A model generated the notes under the pieces. It searched no databases. It was not told the DNA's origin and saw only the letters and a list, made by a program, of their open reading frames with translations. A program made the translations under genes and the position numbers. Positions 60,117 to 64,000 of a stretch of 64,000 nt of DNA are shown piece after piece (the stretch's first letter is position 1; the number at the start of each line of letters is the position of its first letter). Source of the DNA: an uncultured Nitrososphaerota archaeon (GTDB taxonomy: Archaea; Thermoproteota; Nitrososphaeria; Nitrososphaerales; Gagatemarchaeaceae); contig CAWISW010000001.1 of NCBI GenBank assembly GCA_963838925.1, positions 288,001 to 352,000 of the forward strand, read 5' to 3'.

Positions 60117-60330
60117 GAGAATCGACGGCCAGTGCAGGTTCTGTTAACTCTTCAGCTCAGGCAGTGGGCGAGTCAACTTGCTGGCATCGACTCGGAGGAT
60201 TAGGGTCTTCCTCGTCCCGTTCCCCGTCACTGCTTCACCTGCCAGCCCTTTCTCCTCCTCTATCGTGTGCGAGCGACTTTCCTCCTCTCGCCTCTCCGAC
60301 CGAGGAGAAAGGGAACGGTCGAACCTGGAC
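60117..60330 (-). ncRNA. Putative omegaRNA/reRNA overlapping the tnpB 3' end (boundaries approximate)
   Basis: Expected position for a TnpB guide RNA. GCTGGCA/TGCCAGC stem at 60180-60186 and 60240-60246. The low-complexity C-terminal tail of TnpB is encoded here. Confidence 0.55.
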
Positions 60331-61458
60331 CGCCCCCTCTCGGATAGGTTCAGGGCCGCGTTCACGTCCCTGTAAATCCACTCCTTGCACTTCTGGCACC
60401 AGAGCATCCTCGCGTGCGCGACATCACCCCTTGCAGGATTGTGGAGCTTCTCCCCACACGCCGAGCACGTCGAGGATGACCCGTAGGTCTCAGACTTTGT
60501 CAGCAGAACCACAGTCAGGCCCTTCCATGCTGCCTTGTATTCGAGCATCTTCTTCGCCTTCCGGTGGGGCCACGAGTTGAGCCTGAACCTGTAGCCTGCA
60601 CCTTGCCCGTTCCCTCTTTGGTACAACCTCCTGATGTCGGTCAGGTCCTCGATAGCAAGCGCAGCCCCTTGCCTCGCCGCGTCATCGACGATATAGTTCG
60701 TGGCCGCGTGGAGGATCTGGTCGCTCCTGTGACGGGCCCTACTCCAGTACTTGCGGGCGAGATTCCTTCGTATCCTGACGTCGTTCCTCTTGAACGATCC
60801 GACTATCTCCCTGGTCGTCTGCCTCATCTTGACCAACTTCGTCATCTCGACCAAGGTGACGTTTTCTTTATCACCGAACGTGATGTTCTTCTCGTTCCTG
60901 TCCAAGCCATAGACTCTTCTTATCTCAACAGGTTCGATGTGCTTCGAATAGCAGAGCGATAGCGAGTCGGGAGTTATGGTGAGGCTCCTGACCTTCCCCT
61001 CTGAGAGCTTCCTGACCGCATATTGATTGAGCTTTATGTCGAAATACTTGTCACGTCTCAGCGGGATGAAGAGCCTCCCCTTCATTGTGATGAAGAAACC
61101 CGAGATGATACATGAAACCGGTCTCAAAGGCCTGGGATGGGCTGCTTTGATTCCTCGCTTCTCGCCTTTGTTGCGACTTTGGACGACTGCGCAGGCGCGC
61201 GTTATCGACGCGACCTTGTAACAAGAAGGAAACTCGGTGTTCCTGAGCGTCCGGTAGAATCCCTTCATCCCCTTGCGGTTCTCAATCCCATGTGCTTCGG
61301 CGTAGTTGACTGCGTCATAGGTCGCTGTTAGACATTCGTTAAGCAGACCACGTAGCTGCTCGCTGGAATGCGATTGGGTGACACACTTTGTTGCCCGCAA
61401 CAATCATCTGGGATGCAATCGTATAAACGCGCCCATGAGCCGAAGAGTTACCAGAGCC
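60137..61458 (-). mobile_element. Non-autonomous TnpB-only element with terminal inverted repeats and 8-bp TSD
   Basis: TIRs at 60137-60158 and 61437-61458 (19/22 identical). Direct repeat CCAGTGCA at 60129-60136 and 61459-61466. No transposase gene inside. Confidence 0.85.
60144..61403 (-). CDS. tnpB: TnpB RNA-guided nuclease
   Basis: RuvC-I GLDRN, RuvC-II AIEDL, Zn finger CSAC...CQKC, RuvC-III RDVNAALN. Confidence 0.92.
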   Translation of the reverse strand: MLRATKCVTQSHSSEQLRGLLNECLTATYDAVNYAEAHGIENRKGMKGFYRTLRNTEFPSCYKVASITRACAVVQSRNKGEKRGIKAAHPRPLRPVSCIISGFFITMKGRLFIPLRRDKYFDIKLNQYAVRKLSEGKVRSLTITPDSLSLCYSKHIEPVEIRRVYGLDRNEKNITFGDKENVTLVEMTKLVKMRQTTREIVGSFKRNDVRIRRNLARKYWSRARHRSDQILHAATNYIVDDAARQGAALAIEDLTDIRRLYQRGNGQGAGYRFRLNSWPHRKAKKMLEYKAAWKGLTVVLLTKSETYGSSSTCSACGEKLHNPARGDVAHARMLWCQKCKEWIYRDVNAALNLSERGRSRFDRSLSPRSERREEESRSHTIEEEKGLAGEAVTGNGTRKTLILRVDASKLTRPLPELKS

Positions 61459-61530
61459 CCAGTGCATCAAGCTTTTATATCGAGCCCGGCACTTTGTCGC
61501 CAGGTCGCGCTCGTGGGCTCAGAGTTGGTC

Positions 61531-62160
61531 ATGTTCGAGAACGCCCTCCAGTTCATCGGGGCGTTCGTGGCCTTTTCCATCGCCCTCGTCGCATACAAGG
61601 GTGTGCGCGAGACGAGCAGCTCCTCGATGCTCAGGCTCGCGGCTGCCTTCGTCTTCCTCGGGGCCGGGTTCGTCCTCCAGGGGCTGGACAGCGTCGGCGC
61701 GTTCGGCAGCATCCCTGGGCTCTCGACCTCCATCGACACGATAATGGTCGCCGGCATGTTCCTACAGACGGTGGGCTACTTCTTCTTGGCATTCTCCCAC
61801 GTCCTGGACGTGGTCGTCTCAAGGCGGCTGGGGCCGCTCCTCGTGCTCCTCCCGATACTCGCGGTAGGCCAGACCAGCGTGGAGACCGTCCTCCGCAGCC
61901 TGTCCTTCTACTTCATACTGTACGGGGTGCTAGAGACGGCGCTCTCGTATACAAAGTCGAGGAACCCCAACACGCTCTTCATCGCGACCGGGCTGGGCAT
62001 GCTCGCCGCCGGGTGGTGGGTCTCGCTCGCGGCACCCGACCTCGTATTGTTAACATTGTTGCAGCTTTTGATGAGAGAAGTTGGACTGATTGCGCTATTC
62101 GTCCCAGTCTTGAGATTCTCGTTCAGGAAGCCAGGAGACTTGTTGAATGCCCCAGTATAG
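61531..62160 (+). CDS. Multi-TM hypothetical membrane protein
   Basis: About 7 hydrophobic segments; TATA-like ttttatat at about 61473; overlaps the downstream wHTH gene. Confidence 0.7.
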   Translation: MFENALQFIGAFVAFSIALVAYKGVRETSSSSMLRLAAAFVFLGAGFVLQGLDSVGAFGSIPGLSTSIDTIMVAGMFLQTVGYFFLAFSHVLDVVVSRRLGPLLVLLPILAVGQTSVETVLRSLSFYFILYGVLETALSYTKSRNPNTLFIATGLGMLAAGWWVSLAAPDLVLLTLLQLLMREVGLIALFVPVLRFSFRKPGDLLNAPV

Positions 62161-62434
62161 GACCCAGGGCAAGATCATCGCGGACATCCTGGTCACCGCC
62201 CGAGACATGAACACCGACGGCCAGGGCGTGGGGATCACCACGCTGCTCAGGCGCGGGAACGTCTCCTACAGCAGGATGACCAAGCTGATAGTCGACCTTG
62301 TGGGAGCGGGCCTCCTTCTCGAGGAGACCATGGAGAAGAACTCAAAGTATCGCATAAGCGACAAGGGGATGATGTTCCTCCAGGCATACATGCAGTTCGA
62401 GGACTTCGCCCAGTCCTACGGATTGAGACTCTAA
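62147..62434 (+). CDS. Winged-helix regulator (HTH_45/DUF4364-like)
   Basis: YRTQGKIIADIL...ITTLLRRGNVSY...YRISDKG. Confidence 0.82.
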   Translation: MPQYRTQGKIIADILVTARDMNTDGQGVGITTLLRRGNVSYSRMTKLIVDLVGAGLLLEETMEKNSKYRISDKGMMFLQAYMQFEDFAQSYGLRL

Positions 62435-62513
62435 GGGCCTCTCTCGCGGCTTTAGGCTAGCTTTTTTACTGCCTGTAGGTGCTGTCGCGTCCGGAGCGGT
62501 CGGCTAGCAAGAA

Positions 62514-63431
62514 ATGATTGGCTTCCTAGGGGCAGGCAGGGTGGGCGCCCAGGCGGCGCTCGAGGTCGCGTCCGCCGGCATCGACGACGTCACCCTCGTG
62601 GACATCCTCCCCGGGCTTGCCGAGGGCGAGGCCATGGACATATCGCAGAAGATAGCGGAGACCGGCGTCGACGTGGAGGTGAGGGGCTCGACGGACTTCT
62701 CCGCGCTCCGCGGTTCCACGGTGGTGGTGATAACCGCCGGGCTGGCACGCAAACCCGGCATGACCCGGATGGACCTCCTGGAGAAGAACGCGGGGATAGT
62801 CTCCGCCGTCGCCAAGGAGGTCGCGAAGCACGCCCCCACGGCGGTCGCCCTCACGGTGACCAACCCGATGGACGTCATGAACTACGTGGTCCTGAGGAAG
62901 ACGGGCTTCCCGAAGGGGAGGGTCGTGGGGATGGGCGGGATACTCGACCTCTCCCGGTTCAAGTCGACCATCTGCGCGATGCTCGACGTCTCGCACTCGT
63001 CGATAACCTCGCTGGTGATAGGGGAGCACGGCGAGAGCATGCTCCCCCTCCCGAGGTTCACCTCGATAGGGGGCGTCCCGCTTTCCATGCTCATGGACGA
63101 GACCCAGATCGGGCTGGCCATCGAGACGACCAGGCGCGTCGCGATCGACGTGATCTCGAAGAAAGGGGCGACCGTGGACGCGCCGGCGAACGCGGTGGTC
63201 AAGATGGTCAAGGCCATCGCTTGGGACCGCAAGGAGGTCATCCCCGCCTCGGCCTACCTCGAGGGAGAGTACGGGGTCGACGGCCTCTGCATAGGGGTCC
63301 CCGTCGTGCTGGGGGCGAGGGGAGTCGAGAGGATACTCCCGCTCGACCTGAACGAGAGGGAGAAGGCCCAGTTCCATAGGGGCGCCAAGACCATCCGCGA
63401 GGGCATAGCCGCGATAGGCGCGGCCCTCTAG
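62514..63431 (+). CDS. mdh: Malate dehydrogenase (LDH-like)
   Basis: GAGRVG, ARKPGMTRMDL (Arg specificity residue), TNPMD, GEHG. Confidence 0.92.
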   Translation: MIGFLGAGRVGAQAALEVASAGIDDVTLVDILPGLAEGEAMDISQKIAETGVDVEVRGSTDFSALRGSTVVVITAGLARKPGMTRMDLLEKNAGIVSAVAKEVAKHAPTAVALTVTNPMDVMNYVVLRKTGFPKGRVVGMGGILDLSRFKSTICAMLDVSHSSITSLVIGEHGESMLPLPRFTSIGGVPLSMLMDETQIGLAIETTRRVAIDVISKKGATVDAPANAVVKMVKAIAWDRKEVIPASAYLEGEYGVDGLCIGVPVVLGARGVERILPLDLNEREKAQFHRGAKTIREGIAAIGAAL

Positions 63432-63542
63432 CTCCGACCGCAAGCAAGAACTACGCGGATTGACGAAAACAGCGAGATATGGCTCGCCGTCGCTCATTTC
63501 CCCGAATACTTTTATTGCCGGTATGACGGCGTTGGGACGACA

Positions 63543-64000
63543 TTGCTCATAATAGCACTAGTGAAGGGCGTCCCGGCCAGGCTCACGAAGGTCGTGAGGG
63601 TAGACAACATCGTCCAGCGCGACGCGATGGAGATGGTCGTCAACCCCAACGACGAGAAGGCCATAGAGGCTGCCGACTTCCTCAAGAGGAAGGTAGGGGG
63701 CAAGATAGTCACTCTCAGCATGGGGCCCGACGCCAGGCTCAGGCCCATCCTCACCCCGCTCTACGGCGCGGAGGCCACGGGGGTGGACGAGGAGATCATA
63801 CTCAGCGACCCCAAGCTCGCAGGCTCCGACACGGTGGCCACGGCCTACGCTGTGGGGCATGCAGTCTACAAGATTTACGAGAGGCACGTAGTCCCGTTCG
63901 ACACCCTGATCAAGCTCCTCACCGATGGAGCCTCCCTCCAGGAGATAGAGGCAAAGGCGAGGGAGCTCTACGACCAGAACCTCATCCCCAACAAGGTGTA
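63543..64000 (+). CDS. etfB: Electron transfer flavoprotein beta subunit (3'-partial)
   Basis: Manual translation: LIIALVKGVP...NPNDEKAIEAA...LSMGP...LSDPKLAGSDTVATA. Runs off the window end. Confidence 0.85.
   Translation, partial: MLIIALVKGVPARLTKVVRVDNIVQRDAMEMVVNPNDEKAIEAADFLKRKVGGKIVTLSMGPDARLRPILTPLYGAEATGVDEEIILSDPKLAGSDTVATAYAVGHAVYKIYERHVVPFDTLIKLLTDGASLQEIEAKARELYDQNLIPNKV

Noticed and set aside
60144-61403. TnpB as a CRISPR-associated Cas12f/Cas14 effector
   Set aside because: No repeat-spacer array or cas genes were seen anywhere in the window, and the gene sits inside transposon-like ends.

Overview
High-GC archaeal chromosome segment, most consistent with a non-ammonia-oxidising Nitrososphaerota (Thaumarchaeota) lineage. 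This is inferred from TFB, L40e, Cdv/ESCRT-III plus Vps4, DUF1512, a PEF-CTERM protein and TATA-box/leaderless starts. Most of the window is housekeeping: the end of a heme-copper oxidase operon with a tandem cupredoxin, cysS, ileS, a frameshifted aspS, cdvB-cdvB-cdvC, sucCD, rpl40e, tRNA-Val(CAC), argF, a 12-kb purine/folate cluster, an ABC exporter, acs, sugar-catabolism enzymes, xdhC-coxM-coxS without coxL, tfb, mdh and etfB. The strongest unusual signal is a 1,322-bp TnpB-only element (60137-61458). It is bounded by 22-bp terminal inverted repeats and a perfect 8-bp target-site duplication, a DDE-transposon architecture rather than IS200/IS605 ends, and its reconstructed empty site reads TTGA(T) followed by the putative guide. 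Other candidates are (1) a small hydrophobic peptide between a CPBP protease and a tandem-Lrp regulator, possibly peptide signalling, (2) a ParA whose partner carries a MinD-type membrane-targeting helix, (3) an AspRS with an atypical active site, and (4) several small genes missed by the ORF track. All protein assignments are by-eye motif recognition; no database searches were run.
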